A DNA stretch of 64,000 bases from an uncultured bacterium (GTDB lineage: Bacteria > Patescibacteriota > Patescibacteriia > Magasanikbacterales > GWA2-37-8). Numbering within the stretch: the stretch's first letter is position 1; each line of letters begins with the position of its first letter. The position numbers and the translations under genes are program-made. Where the stretch lies: assembly GCA_937903605.1 (NCBI GenBank), contig CALCZC010000007.1, forward strand, positions 37,982 to 101,981, in the 5' to 3' direction. Positions 1 to 9,677 of this stretch are shown in pieces. Below the pieces are notes generated by a model, which saw nothing but the letters and a program-made list of their open reading frames with translations, had not been told where the DNA came from and did not search any database.

Positions 1-53
1 TTCTCCCAGCTTCCAATATTCCTCCATAATAAACAATAATCAATAAACAATAA

Positions 54-1382
54 TTATCTAACTGTTGTACTAACTTTATTTGTAGTATTAGTCACTGCTG
101 ACATTGTTGTTGTTACGATTATCTCCGTCGTACTCGCCGGTGTGCTTGTAACTATTACTTTTACATCGGTTGTTGTTGTGACACTTTGTCCGGATTCAGT
201 TTTTTCTTTGACAATAGTGACTACCGGTGGCAAAGCCAATTGAACACTACCGACCGCTGTATCAATAATTTTTTCCACTACTTTATTTACCTCATTTACT
301 TCCTTTATTATATTGAGAACTCCAGTCAGATCGTCACTGTCTAACATTGATTGTAATTCATCGGTTTTTTTATCAGAATCTTTTATCACTTCTTGGGTTT
401 GCAGTGCCGCTTGTTTGGTAGTACTAGCGATATTTTCAATTTGTTGTGCCAAATCGGCAGAGCTAGATGCAGAAAATGCTGTAGAAGTGACGCTGTCAAG
501 AACTTTGATTTCTGTTTTAACAGCCTCTACAATATTATTCACACCAATCAAGTTTTCGGTTTTTTGCAAAGTTTCATTAACTGTATTTTTTACAGTGTCA
601 TCTAACATCTTTTTTACTTCTTCTTTAGTGATGGTATTATCACCTTCTAAGTGTTTAATAACTACGACTTCTACAGTTTTCATAGCCACATCTTTGGCTA
701 TATCTTTGGCTTGAGAAATCTCTTCAACTACACTTTTATCAATCGTATTGGTAGCTGTCATAGACAAATCTTCTTTGATTTCACTCAAAACGGTTTTGAT
801 AGATTCGGTATTCTTTTGTACTTCTTTGAGAGTGTTGGCGGCAATACTTACTTGATTTTCATTTTCCAATTTATTGGTTAGATTGTTCATTTCGTTTTTC
901 AAATCTTGTACAGTCTCGGTAACTTTTTCCGCTTTTTTCGGATCTTGACTTGCAGCCACTTTTTTTATTTCATTGGCGCGACGTTTGGCAAACTCAGAAT
1001 GAAGTTTGGTTTCGGTAGTTTTATTTCCCATTACAGAAGCAGTAGTAATCTGGGTTTTTTCTATCACTCTTTTGGCACTATATAATATATCTCCGGGCAA
1101 ACTTTCATAAGCAGCGTCTACTGTCGCAATCCAACCGGAAGTTCCGACCATCGCCACAATCAAAAGAATAGATAATGGTTTAACTACATTTAACATCACT
1201 TTTTCTCCAAAAAACACAGACATTCCAATCCAAAAATTTTCATAAGGGCTATTACTTGAAGTTTTGGCGTTATTTTTAATTTGGGATAACAAAACCTCGC
1301 GGTTTTGCTTTAACCACGCATCATTTGGAGTAACGTCTTTGTGTTTGAGATTTTTGAGTTGTGAAATTAAATTCTTTGACAT
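54..1382 (-). CDS. Membrane-anchored coiled-coil protein with a single TM after a ~60-aa N-terminus and a Ser/Thr-rich C-terminus; putative anti-sigma factor partner of the upstream ECF sigma
   Basis: ORF lies immediately downstream of the ECF sigma gene on the same strand. Hydrophobic TM segment LSILLIVAMVGTSGWIA followed by long heptad-like charged repeats. No recognisable catalytic motifs. Confidence 0.4.
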   Translation of the reverse strand: MSKNLISQLKNLKHKDVTPNDAWLKQNREVLLSQIKNNAKTSSNSPYENFWIGMSVFFGEKVMLNVVKPLSILLIVAMVGTSGWIATVDAAYESLPGDILYSAKRVIEKTQITTASVMGNKTTETKLHSEFAKRRANEIKKVAASQDPKKAEKVTETVQDLKNEMNNLTNKLENENQVSIAANTLKEVQKNTESIKTVLSEIKEDLSMTATNTIDKSVVEEISQAKDIAKDVAMKTVEVVVIKHLEGDNTITKEEVKKMLDDTVKNTVNETLQKTENLIGVNNIVEAVKTEIKVLDSVTSTAFSASSSADLAQQIENIASTTKQAALQTQEVIKDSDKKTDELQSMLDSDDLTGVLNIIKEVNEVNKVVEKIIDTAVGSVQLALPPVVTIVKEKTESGQSVTTTTDVKVIVTSTPASTTEIIVTTTMSAVTNTTNKVSTTVR

Positions 1383-1429
1383 AAACGTTTTTTTGTCATT
1401 CCTGCTTTCGCAGAGATGACATCCACAAT

Positions 1430-1987
1430 TTATTCCGATCCTGATAATTTTTTTAATTTTTTCAAAGCGCGATGAAGAGTGACACGAACTGAGATATTTC
1501 CTTTACCGGTAATTTCCGCGATTTCTTCTATCTGTAATTCATCCACATAACGTAAAGTCAAAACTTCTTGGTATTCTAATTTCAGTTTTTTGATAACCTT
1601 GATCAAATCTTCCGCTTCTAGTTGTGTGTGTAAACCGCCAACAGTTTTTCCACTGTCACCTATTTCCAACCCTTCAGGTAAAGAAGAAATGAGAATTGTC
1701 TCGGCCTTACCAGCCTTATGGCGGTAAAGATCTATCACACAATTTCTAGCTATTTTGTAAAGAAGTCCACTAAAGCTTTCTACTTCTTTGTCGTCGTTGA
1801 TATAGTTCCAAGCTTTTAAAAACACTTCGGAAGTAATATCCTCGGCCTCTTCGTGCGAGCTGACTTTAAAGTACACGAAACGATAAATTCGTTTCACATA
1901 AATATCATAAAGAGCCGCAAAGGCCTCAGGATCTTTGTAAGCTTTGAGTTTATATAACAGTATATTTTCAGAAATACTACTCAACAT
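1430..1987 (-). CDS. RNA polymerase sigma-70 family ECF sigma factor
   Basis: Sigma-70 region 2 (FAALYDIYVKRIYRFVYFKV...EDITSEVFLKAW) and region 4 HTH (LTLRYVDELQIEEIAEITGKGNISVRVTLHRALKKLKK). Size 185 aa, typical of ECF sigma factors. Confidence 0.85.
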   Translation of the reverse strand: MLSSISENILLYKLKAYKDPEAFAALYDIYVKRIYRFVYFKVSSHEEAEDITSEVFLKAWNYINDDKEVESFSGLLYKIARNCVIDLYRHKAGKAETILISSLPEGLEIGDSGKTVGGLHTQLEAEDLIKVIKKLKLEYQEVLTLRYVDELQIEEIAEITGKGNISVRVTLHRALKKLKKLSGSE

Positions 1988-2337
1988 CTTAGTAGACGTA
2001 AATAATGAAGAAATGTTACACTAGATTCTCCCTCTCCCTCCTAACCTCCCTCTCTGGCAGAGGGAGGAACTTCCCCCTCCTTTTATTTAAGAGGAGGGGC
2101 GGGGTGGAGTCTTGAATACAAATTGTATTCAATTTTATTTAATTATAGCAAAAAATTATAGCCGAAACAATCGTCTTTATCAGCCTTTCTAATGCTTAAA
2201 ATAATACCATAAAAACCATTTGTACGTCAATGCGAAAAGGTGTATAATAACCGAGTCTAAAAGTCAAAGGCCCTTAAAGTCCGTTAAGTCGTGACTTTAT
2301 AAACTTTATAGACTTTATAGACTTTATAGACCTTTTT

Positions 2338-4047
2338 ATGAAAATAACTAAATTTTTTAAAAAATACTTTGAAAACAAATATTCTAGTATCTACAAACAT
2401 GCCAAAAAACTATTTGTTTTTGACATAATTTTGCTAATTTTAGCTATTTTTTTATTTGGAAGCGCAATTTTTTGGTTTTTTTGGCAACCAAGCATCTCCA
2501 GTCAAGTTGAGATAAATTTTGCTTATTCTAGCGAAAAAATCATTAGTGGAGAAGATTTGGATATTTTTATCACTTATAAAAATAATAGTAAATTTGATCT
2601 TGAAGAAACTACACTTTCTCTGCATCTTCCAGCTGGTTTTGTGCTAAATAAAGCTAAAAATGATCAACTTTCAGACTCCAATTCTATCAATTTAGGACAA
2701 ATTAAACCTGGTGGAAACGATAAAATAACCATTTCCGGTCAATTGGTCGGCGATGCTACCCAATCTGATAAAATTTTGGCTATATTAAGCTACAAAATAG
2801 GAAAAACTAACAAAATTGACCAGAAAAAGGAACTTGAATTGATAAATTATGATAAAACAGAAATAATGTCTGAAATAAATTTTGAAAAAACCACTTTTCC
2901 AGATAAAGAAGTGCCTTTTTCAATAAAAATATCTAATATTAGCCAAAAAACTATAGAAGGTGTGGATTTAGAGCTTCCGAACTTTTTAAATTTGGAGCAA
3001 CAATCTCCCAATGTTTTATTGCCAAAGCAAGAAATTATTTTGCAAGGTTTAGCCAAAATACCAAAAACTTTGGGTCAACTCCCTTTTTCTTATTCTCTAG
3101 TTCGCAAATTTAACAACCATAATTTCATTCAACAAAAAGAAAATTTGTTTTTTGAAGTGCGCTCTCCGGATATCGGTTTAACCCTTGAACCGCAAACCGT
3201 CTATGCTTATCTAAATTCCGGTGACACTTTGAAGATCCGGGTGGAATTTGATAATTTATCAGGCAATTTGCTACAAGATCAAAAATTGGTTTTGTTTGAT
3301 AAAAATAATGTTCTGGATTTGGAAAACACCGCCAAAATTAATAATCTTAAAATTGATGGCCAAAATCTGATTATTGATCGCTTTACCCGAAATATTTTTC
3401 AGTCCGGCTCTGCGATAAAATCTGACGAGTTTATTTTGACTTTAAAAATAAAAGATGATGCTGGGTCTTTTGCTTCAGCTTTATTTTTGGAGCCGATTTT
3501 TAGCGCCAATCTTTTTGACAGTGAAATTGGTTTTGTTACCAAAGAAAAAGCAATAGAAATTCCACTAGCCAGTCTTTTGCAAACAAAAATTCAGGCTCGC
3601 TATTATACTATAAGTCAAGATCAGATAGGACGCGGTCCCCTACCACCACAAGTAGGACAACCTACTAAATATTGGATTTATTTAGATATTCAAAATGGTG
3701 CCAACGAATTGAAAAATTTCAAATTTATCGCTAACCCCGGTAAAAATGTCATTTTTACCGGCAAACAAAGTGTAAACTACGGTTATGAAATGACCTTTGA
3801 AAACCAAGAAGCAATCTGGAAAAAAGATTCTGTTTTTGCTTCAACTTCTTTTGGTTTATATTTTGAAGTAGAAGTTACTCCGGATCAAAATGATTTGGGT
3901 GATAATTTACAACTACTTAAAAATGCAAAGATTATAGCTGTCGATGCTATGACCGGAAAAAATTATGAAATCAATTTGGGAGAGGTAAATAATAAATTAC
4001 AAGAGAATGATGAGGGAAGTAAGTTTGGGAGCGAAGTAATAAAATAA
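2338..4047 (+). CDS. Hypothetical N-terminally membrane-anchored extracytoplasmic protein
   Basis: N-terminal TM (FVFDIILLILAIFLFGSAIFWFFW), remainder hydrophilic with beta-rich repeats. Preceded by a 4x direct repeat ACTTTATAG. No family recognised. Confidence 0.45.
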   Translation: MKITKFFKKYFENKYSSIYKHAKKLFVFDIILLILAIFLFGSAIFWFFWQPSISSQVEINFAYSSEKIISGEDLDIFITYKNNSKFDLEETTLSLHLPAGFVLNKAKNDQLSDSNSINLGQIKPGGNDKITISGQLVGDATQSDKILAILSYKIGKTNKIDQKKELELINYDKTEIMSEINFEKTTFPDKEVPFSIKISNISQKTIEGVDLELPNFLNLEQQSPNVLLPKQEIILQGLAKIPKTLGQLPFSYSLVRKFNNHNFIQQKENLFFEVRSPDIGLTLEPQTVYAYLNSGDTLKIRVEFDNLSGNLLQDQKLVLFDKNNVLDLENTAKINNLKIDGQNLIIDRFTRNIFQSGSAIKSDEFILTLKIKDDAGSFASALFLEPIFSANLFDSEIGFVTKEKAIEIPLASLLQTKIQARYYTISQDQIGRGPLPPQVGQPTKYWIYLDIQNGANELKNFKFIANPGKNVIFTGKQSVNYGYEMTFENQEAIWKKDSVFASTSFGLYFEVEVTPDQNDLGDNLQLLKNAKIIAVDAMTGKNYEINLGEVNNKLQENDEGSKFGSEVIK

Positions 4048-4110
4048 AAAATAATATTAAAATATTTTAATATTATAATATTAAAAAAAACGGACTTTCG
4101 TCCGTTTTTT

Positions 4111-5286
4111 TTAAAACATTTTGACTACACTATAAATCGCCGTGATACTAAACACTATAAACACCGGAACAATAAATATCCAATAATTTTTCATTCCATA
4201 TCTATCTGCCGGTAAATCCCCTTTTCTCTTGGCAGCGGTATAAATCAAAACCAATAAAATAGATTCTACACTAACAAACAACCCACCGACAATTTCCAAA
4301 ACCCCGATAAATGAACGAGCTCCGAGCGCAAAAATAAGAATCGGCACCAAAATAACGGCAATATCCGCCAAATATTTGTTTATTTTATGATCCCAGATAA
4401 GAGTTTGCTTAAGTGCAGTACCAAAACCCATAAAACAAGTTCCCATAGCAATAGCGGCAAAAATATTCACTAAAAAGGCAAAAAACGGTCCAAATTGAAG
4501 ACTTAGACCAACAGTAGCCACTTCAGTCACGCTTTGCCCATTCATCCCAACTACAGCCAAAACAAACAAAGCATAGACAATCATTGGGATAAGAGAGCCG
4601 ATAATAATGGCTTTTTTGAAATGCTTTTGACTACCCGGTAATAAGGCATGGGCCTCAACTATCGCCGGAGTGGCGTGAAGCGCAAAAAGGACTACACCAA
4701 ACGGCAAGAAAATATTGGCCGGATTAACATAAGACAAGGTTTCAACATTAAATTTTTTAAACAAGAAAAAAGATAAACCGATAATAATAGAGATTACTAT
4801 AAAACTGAGGTATTTTTGAACTTTTTTGAGTACCCCCAAACCAAGCCAAATTACCAAACTGCCAAAAAACCAAAATAAAACACTCCAAAATTCTGGTAAT
4901 CCGCCAAATAAAGCCGATAATACTTCTCCCTCACCAATAACATAGGCTAGGAGCACCCCATAACCGCTAAAGATAATAATAAATGACATGAGGGCCTTGG
5001 CCCAACCGCCTAAATATTTTCCAGCAAACCCCGGCAATTGCAATTCTTGGTTGGTACGAATAGCTATTTCACCGACCATCAAATTCAAAAACATCATTAC
5101 CGTGCCCAAAACCGCAATATAAAATAACCCCGGAATAAGTCCGGACTGAGACACAACATAAGGAATACCTAAAACCCCAGCACCTATTATCATCCCGGTA
5201 ATCATAAAAATAGCTTCTCCTACAGTAGCTTCATATTTATAAATGCCTTTATGTAAAACTATTTTTTGATCGGGATTTTGGTACAT
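4111..5286 (-). CDS. Aromatic/hydroxy amino acid permease family (TyrP/Mtr-like HAAAP) transporter
   Basis: About 11 predicted TM helices. N-terminal motif ITGMIIGAGVLGIPY resembles the TyrP VAGTTIGAGMLAMP box. LLAYVIGEGEVLSAL is similar to the TyrP LTAAYISGAGELL region. Confidence 0.55.
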   Translation of the reverse strand: MYQNPDQKIVLHKGIYKYEATVGEAIFMITGMIIGAGVLGIPYVVSQSGLIPGLFYIAVLGTVMMFLNLMVGEIAIRTNQELQLPGFAGKYLGGWAKALMSFIIIFSGYGVLLAYVIGEGEVLSALFGGLPEFWSVLFWFFGSLVIWLGLGVLKKVQKYLSFIVISIIIGLSFFLFKKFNVETLSYVNPANIFLPFGVVLFALHATPAIVEAHALLPGSQKHFKKAIIIGSLIPMIVYALFVLAVVGMNGQSVTEVATVGLSLQFGPFFAFLVNIFAAIAMGTCFMGFGTALKQTLIWDHKINKYLADIAVILVPILIFALGARSFIGVLEIVGGLFVSVESILLVLIYTAAKRKGDLPADRYGMKNYWIFIVPVFIVFSITAIYSVVKMF

Positions 5287-5430
5287 ACGATAGTTGAGAG
5301 TTTGTAAAGTTATAATTTTAAAAAAATTATGGGCTTAATTTTTTATATTATACCTTATTTTTTGTTTTTTGACAAAGAGAAACAGACCTTGACTTATCTA
5401 AAAAAATATTTTATAATATCAACCAATAAT

Positions 5431-5504
5431 GCACGCCTAGCTCAGTTGGTTAGAGCATCTCGTTTACACCGAGAGGGTCAGGGGTTCGAATCCCTTGGCG
5501 TGCA
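5431..5504 (+). tRNA. tRNA-Val (anticodon TAC)
   Basis: Cloverleaf readable by eye. Acceptor GCACGCC/GGCGTGC, D-arm GCTC..GAGC, anticodon stem TCTCG/CGAGA with loop TTTACAC, T-arm GGGG TTCGAAT CCCT, discriminator A, no encoded CCA. Confidence 0.85.
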
Positions 5505-5510
5505 CAAACA

Positions 5511-5546
5511 TCCCGCCTTTATAATTCAAGGGCGGGATTTTATTTT
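5511..5546 (+). terminator. Rho-independent terminator after tRNA-Val
   Basis: Hairpin CCCGCC...GGCGGG followed by ATTTTATTTT. Confidence 0.6.
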
Positions 5547-5659
5547 ATAATACAAATACAAAACCTCGCCATTTCTGACGAGGTTTTCGTGTTATTTTTT
5601 AGTCTATCTGCTTACAGGCTTACTTGCTTACAAGCTTACCTGCTTACTTGCTTACCAGC

Positions 5660-6061
5660 TTATTTCAATTCAACTTTACCACCTGCTTCTTCAATTTTCT
5701 TTTTCATTTCTTGAGCTTCTTCTTTTTTCACACCTTCTTTAATAGCTTTTGGAGCTCCGTCAACCAAAGCTTTGGCTTCGGCAAGACCCAAACCAGTAAT
5801 TTCTTTTACCACTTTGATAACATTGATTTTGTTATCTCCTGCAGAAGTCAATTCAACATTGAATTCTGTTTTTTCTTCAGCAGCGGCAGCGCCGGCAGCT
5901 GGAGCGGCAGCCATCATCATAGCTGGAGCAGCGGCAGAAACACCAAATTTTTCTTCCAAAACTTTAACCAATTCGGCTAAGTCCAAAACGGACAATTTTT
6001 CAATTTGTTCCACCAAAGATTTAAACTTTTCCGGAACAACTACGTTTTTTTCTTCTGACAT
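5660..6061 (-). CDS. rplL: 50S ribosomal protein L7/L12
   Basis: Ala/Pro-rich hinge [25 protein letters not shown] and C-terminal domain [53 protein letters not shown]. Confidence 0.9.
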   Translation of the reverse strand: MSEEKNVVVPEKFKSLVEQIEKLSVLDLAELVKVLEEKFGVSAAAPAMMMAAAPAAGAAAAEEKTEFNVELTSAGDNKINVIKVVKEITGLGLAEAKALVDGAPKAIKEGVKKEEAQEMKKKIEEAGGKVELK

Positions 6062-6103
6062 AATTTTATTATTAGACTTCAGTTTATAAACTGAAAATTT
6101 TAA

Positions 6104-6628
6104 TTAAGCTTTAGACTCTTTAATATTATTTAAAACATTTACTAAAGAGCGTAAATTTCCGGCCAAGACATTAACGAATCCGGAAACCGGAGCGTTGATA
6201 GAGCCGACCAATTTACCCAAAAGTTCTTGCTTACTTGGTAATGAAGCCAAGTTTTTAACATAATCACTGGCAATAAATTTATTTTCCAAAATTCCGCCAT
6301 AAATAAGAACTTTATCGTTTTGTTTGGCAAAATCTGCAACAACTTTGGCTGGGGCTATTTCATCTTTTTCACTTGTGAAAGTAGCAACACCACCTTCAAA
6401 AGTTTTTGGATTAATATCTCCAAAACCTAGCTCTTCGCAAACTTTACGCAATAAGGTTTTTTTGGCCACCATCACATTTACTCCGACATTGCGACATTTT
6501 TTACGCAAATCTTCGGAATCTTTGACAGTTAAACCTTGGAAGTTGGCAAAGACCACGGCTTTCGCTTTTTTGACGTCGTCACCTAAGCTTTCCACGATTA
6601 CCTTTTTTTGTTGTTTTGTTTTTGGCAT
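6104..6628 (-). CDS. rplJ: 50S ribosomal protein L10
   Basis: N-terminal KKAKAVVFANFQGLTVKDSEDLRKKCRNVGVNVMVAKKTLLRK is typical of L10. Immediately upstream of rplL in the conserved order. Confidence 0.9.
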   Translation of the reverse strand: MPKTKQQKKVIVESLGDDVKKAKAVVFANFQGLTVKDSEDLRKKCRNVGVNVMVAKKTLLRKVCEELGFGDINPKTFEGGVATFTSEKDEIAPAKVVADFAKQNDKVLIYGGILENKFIASDYVKNLASLPSKQELLGKLVGSINAPVSGFVNVLAGNLRSLVNVLNNIKESKA

Positions 6629-6899
6629 AATTTTTTAGTTTTTTACTAACACTCCAAAATTTTGGACGTTAATAAAAAATCTGTGGTTATACCACAGACA
6701 AAACGGTCATCTTCGACCTGATCCCAAAAAATTGGGTGAGATTACCTCGGTAGCGTATTTAACCCCAAAGGGGAGCTACTGTCTATGGTGAAACCATTAT
6801 ATCAAAATTAATTTATTTGTCAAGGGGGCAACATACTTAGTCATCGTACAATAAGTAAAGCCTATATAGGATTAACAAATAAAAAGAGGGGGTCTGTGA

Positions 6900-7775
6900 T
6901 CAGAGCACCCCTCTATAAAGAGAAGTCGCGGAAATAATACTGTCCGGCTCCATTCCCTTGATTATCGCGGGAAGCGGGGTTAAATCTGAGCCCACGCTAT
7001 CAGAGCCGATACTAACAAGCATGTGATTTTTTCGACAAAGACGGTACATGAAAATAATCGTTTCTTTGGGAACATCGGGATAATAAACTTCAACACCATC
7101 TACCCCGACTTTCAGAAATGCATTGAAAGTAGCCAGAAAATTTTCTTTAAAATTGCTTTGCCCGAAATTTTCATGGATACTCCGCCACGGATGTGCCCAA
7201 ATTATCAATGCTCCGGCCGCACGCATGGTTTTGAGTAATTGGTAGACACTACTTACCTTACGAGCACAATAAGCCGGTTTGCCGGGTTCCAAGTAACGAC
7301 GATAGAAATCATCGTTGCCAAAAATTTCTTCTTTCAACAATCTTTCCTGGTTTTCAGGATGGTTGCGAACATTTTCTACTACCAAGCGTCTGCCCAAAAA
7401 CTGTCGCGGGATGTTGTTCAGAGAATCAAAATTCACACGCCAGCCCAATTTTTGCAATCGTGCAACAACCTTCATCGCACGTCGATATTTGGCCTTGGCT
7501 TCTTTCTTGAAAAAACCCCTCACCTTCTGGATGTTTTTAAAATTATACACCAGAAAATGATAGATATTGTTTGCATACCTGGCATTAACCTCCACACCAC
7601 GTAAGCAGTTCAAATCATGCTTTTTACAAGCACCTTCAATTTCTGTGATTCGGTCAACACTTTCTTTGTCAATAATAGACAGGGTTTTGATTCCCGATTT
7701 TTTAACATTTTTCAGCAAATTTTCCAAACTATCTCCACCAATGTGCAGGTGGAGATCTTGTCTACACCTGTACAT
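6900..7775 (-). CDS. PHP (polymerase/histidinol-phosphatase) domain metal-dependent phosphoesterase
   Basis: N-terminal DLHLH metal-binding motif, later IIWAHPW and DGVEVYYPD His/Asp motifs typical of the PHP fold. Confidence 0.6.
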   Translation of the reverse strand: MYRCRQDLHLHIGGDSLENLLKNVKKSGIKTLSIIDKESVDRITEIEGACKKHDLNCLRGVEVNARYANNIYHFLVYNFKNIQKVRGFFKKEAKAKYRRAMKVVARLQKLGWRVNFDSLNNIPRQFLGRRLVVENVRNHPENQERLLKEEIFGNDDFYRRYLEPGKPAYCARKVSSVYQLLKTMRAAGALIIWAHPWRSIHENFGQSNFKENFLATFNAFLKVGVDGVEVYYPDVPKETIIFMYRLCRKNHMLVSIGSDSVGSDLTPLPAIIKGMEPDSIISATSLYRGVL

Positions 7776-7886
7776 GTTTTACCTCTCTTGTAAAAGAACT
7801 TAATAGCTTAAATTAGCATATTTTAAAGATTTTGTCAATGGTCTGCTAAATAAAAATCCCCCGCTTTAAAGCGAGGGATTTTGCAT

Positions 7887-8567
7887 TTATGATATTACCG
7901 TTCCCTTGATTTTTTTACCTTCGATAGCTTTTTTAACTTCTTTTAAATCACTTCCTCTAACAAATAAGACTTTCATTTTATTTTTCCGCGCCAAAGCAGT
8001 GGCGATGGGGTCAAACGGCACATTGGCTCCGGGCACCCATTTGATACCGACGATTTTTTGAAATTTTTCCCAATCTACATTTTCCAATTTTTTAGCATCT
8101 TTGTTTGTTCGCGGATCTTTGTCATAAACATAATCTATATTAGAAAGATTGATAACCGTATCGGCACCGTATTTTTTTGCCAACAAAACCGCATCATAAT
8201 CTGTAGAAAATCCCGGCTTCCAACCGGCAGCCAACATAACTTGAGTCGTCCATTTCTGTTTTTTATAAGGATCAACAACCAATTCATTGTGAGCACTTTT
8301 ATCAAACAAAGCTTGCATCAAACGACCGTTAAGTCGTGTAGAATAAATGCCAATCCAATCCAATTCCTCGGTTTTTATTTTATTTACTTCTTTGGCTGCA
8401 CCCTGATAAAGACGGGTGGTATTTCCTCCACCACAAACCAAAATAAACTTATATTTATTTTTAAAACCGATTATCATCTTAACGAAATTCCGTAAAAATT
8501 TCGGATCAAAACCGGTTTTGGGAATAATAATAGAACCACCAAGTGAAATAACAATTGTTTTTTTCAT
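7887..8567 (-). CDS. pyrH: UMP kinase, archaeal-type (amino acid kinase family)
   Basis: MKKTIVISLGGS...VCGGGN...AAGWKPGFSTDYDAVLLA...NIDYVYDKDP matches the amino-acid-kinase fold and the archaeal UMP kinase size of about 226 aa. Confidence 0.6.
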   Translation of the reverse strand: MKKTIVISLGGSIIIPKTGFDPKFLRNFVKMIIGFKNKYKFILVCGGGNTTRLYQGAAKEVNKIKTEELDWIGIYSTRLNGRLMQALFDKSAHNELVVDPYKKQKWTTQVMLAAGWKPGFSTDYDAVLLAKKYGADTVINLSNIDYVYDKDPRTNKDAKKLENVDWEKFQKIVGIKWVPGANVPFDPIATALARKNKMKVLFVRGSDLKEVKKAIEGKKIKGTVIS

Positions 8568-8574
8568 ATATTAA

Positions 8575-9576
8575 TTATTTCGTACTTTCGTACTTAATTA
8601 AATCTATCAAACCTTTTATCCAGACCATGTTCACTGCCATCGCTTCTTGCAACGGTGTAGCACCGGTGGTTTCTACTGTGATACAATATGGCGTACCCAA
8701 ACGATAAAAAAGATCTGGCAAGGTTCCATCATGACGAATCACAAAACCGTTTTTATCCGATAACATCGCTTCTTCCAGACAATGACTGCGATCTCCATCT
8801 TTATTCACTTCGCAAAAACCCGCATCAATCATCCTGTTTTTATAAAGCGGAACTATTTTTTTTATATTTTTTATAATATCTTTGTAAACTCCAAGCTTAC
8901 CAAAAGAATAGTGGTAAGAGAAAGGCAAAGAAACACTACTGATATAATCCTGGTGCAAATCAAGCAAAGCCCTGACCTGGGTAAGCGGTTCTTTTTTGAG
9001 AATCTTGTGCATGATTTTTGTTTCCAGAGGTAAATTTTTGGTAATTTCTGAAGACCAATACCAAGCTTTGTAATTATTACTTTTTTTAATATCGTCTTTG
9101 AAAGTTCCATCGGCCATTTCATAGCGCAAATAATCATTATTGCCGGTTTCTCCTTCATCATCATCAATATTATATCTGGTCATCTGTGAAAAACCACTGG
9201 GATTACAAAGAGGATAAATAATCAATTTAACTTTATTTTTTCGCGCATAGGAAAAAATTTCTTTAAGCTTGTTTAAAATCGTCAAAGGACCGGCGGTTTC
9301 TTCACCGTGAATACCGGCGGCAATAAACAAAATTTTGTCTTTGGGTTTAATATCCGCAGAAGCTAGACGTAAAAAATAAAATTGACCGTTTTTATATTTC
9401 AATTTATAAGAAGAAAATTTGATTTTTTTTAATTTTTTGGTTTTTTCTTTTAGAGCTTTGATATATTCGTCAATATCATGACTATAATATAAGCTAACTT
9501 TCCCTTTGTTTTTTTTCATAATAATTAAAAGAAGACAAAATCTTGTTATTTTTTGTTCTAGATTTAAGATCGGCAA
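8575..9576 (-). CDS. M14-like zinc carboxypeptidase / succinylglutamate desuccinylase-aspartoacylase (AstE_AspA) family protein
   Basis: Zn-binding HxxE motif AAGIHGEETAG and later LDLHQD. True start is probably the internal MKKNKGKV near 9519. Confidence 0.55.
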   Translation of the reverse strand: MPILNLEQKITRFCLLLIIMKKNKGKVSLYYSHDIDEYIKALKEKTKKLKKIKFSSYKLKYKNGQFYFLRLASADIKPKDKILFIAAGIHGEETAGPLTILNKLKEIFSYARKNKVKLIIYPLCNPSGFSQMTRYNIDDDEGETGNNDYLRYEMADGTFKDDIKKSNNYKAWYWSSEITKNLPLETKIMHKILKKEPLTQVRALLDLHQDYISSVSLPFSYHYSFGKLGVYKDIIKNIKKIVPLYKNRMIDAGFCEVNKDGDRSHCLEEAMLSDKNGFVIRHDGTLPDLFYRLGTPYCITVETTGATPLQEAMAVNMVWIKGLIDLIKYESTK

Positions 9577-9677
9577 AATGTTCCGCTTTGTTGGCTTTGA
9601 ACAAACTAGGTGTGCGGTAAGCTGTTTTGCCTTTTTGCGCCCGGTTGCTAGAATAATTCTTCATACCAAGTTATACC

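Noticed and set aside
5329-5550. 73-aa ORF on the plus strand
   Set aside because: It overlaps the tRNA-Val gene and its terminator completely. It is spurious.
5624-6089. Plus-strand ORFs antisense to rplL/rplJ (118 aa, 105 aa, 104 aa)
   Set aside because: Low-complexity translations of the antisense strand of highly conserved ribosomal genes.
9495-9665. 57-aa minus-strand ORF (MKNYSSNRAQKGKTAYRTPSLFKANK...) between the DUF360 gene and the M14-like gene
   Set aside because: No recognisable ribosomal-protein or other family signature. It overlaps the extended start of the M14-like ORF. Not reported as a gene.
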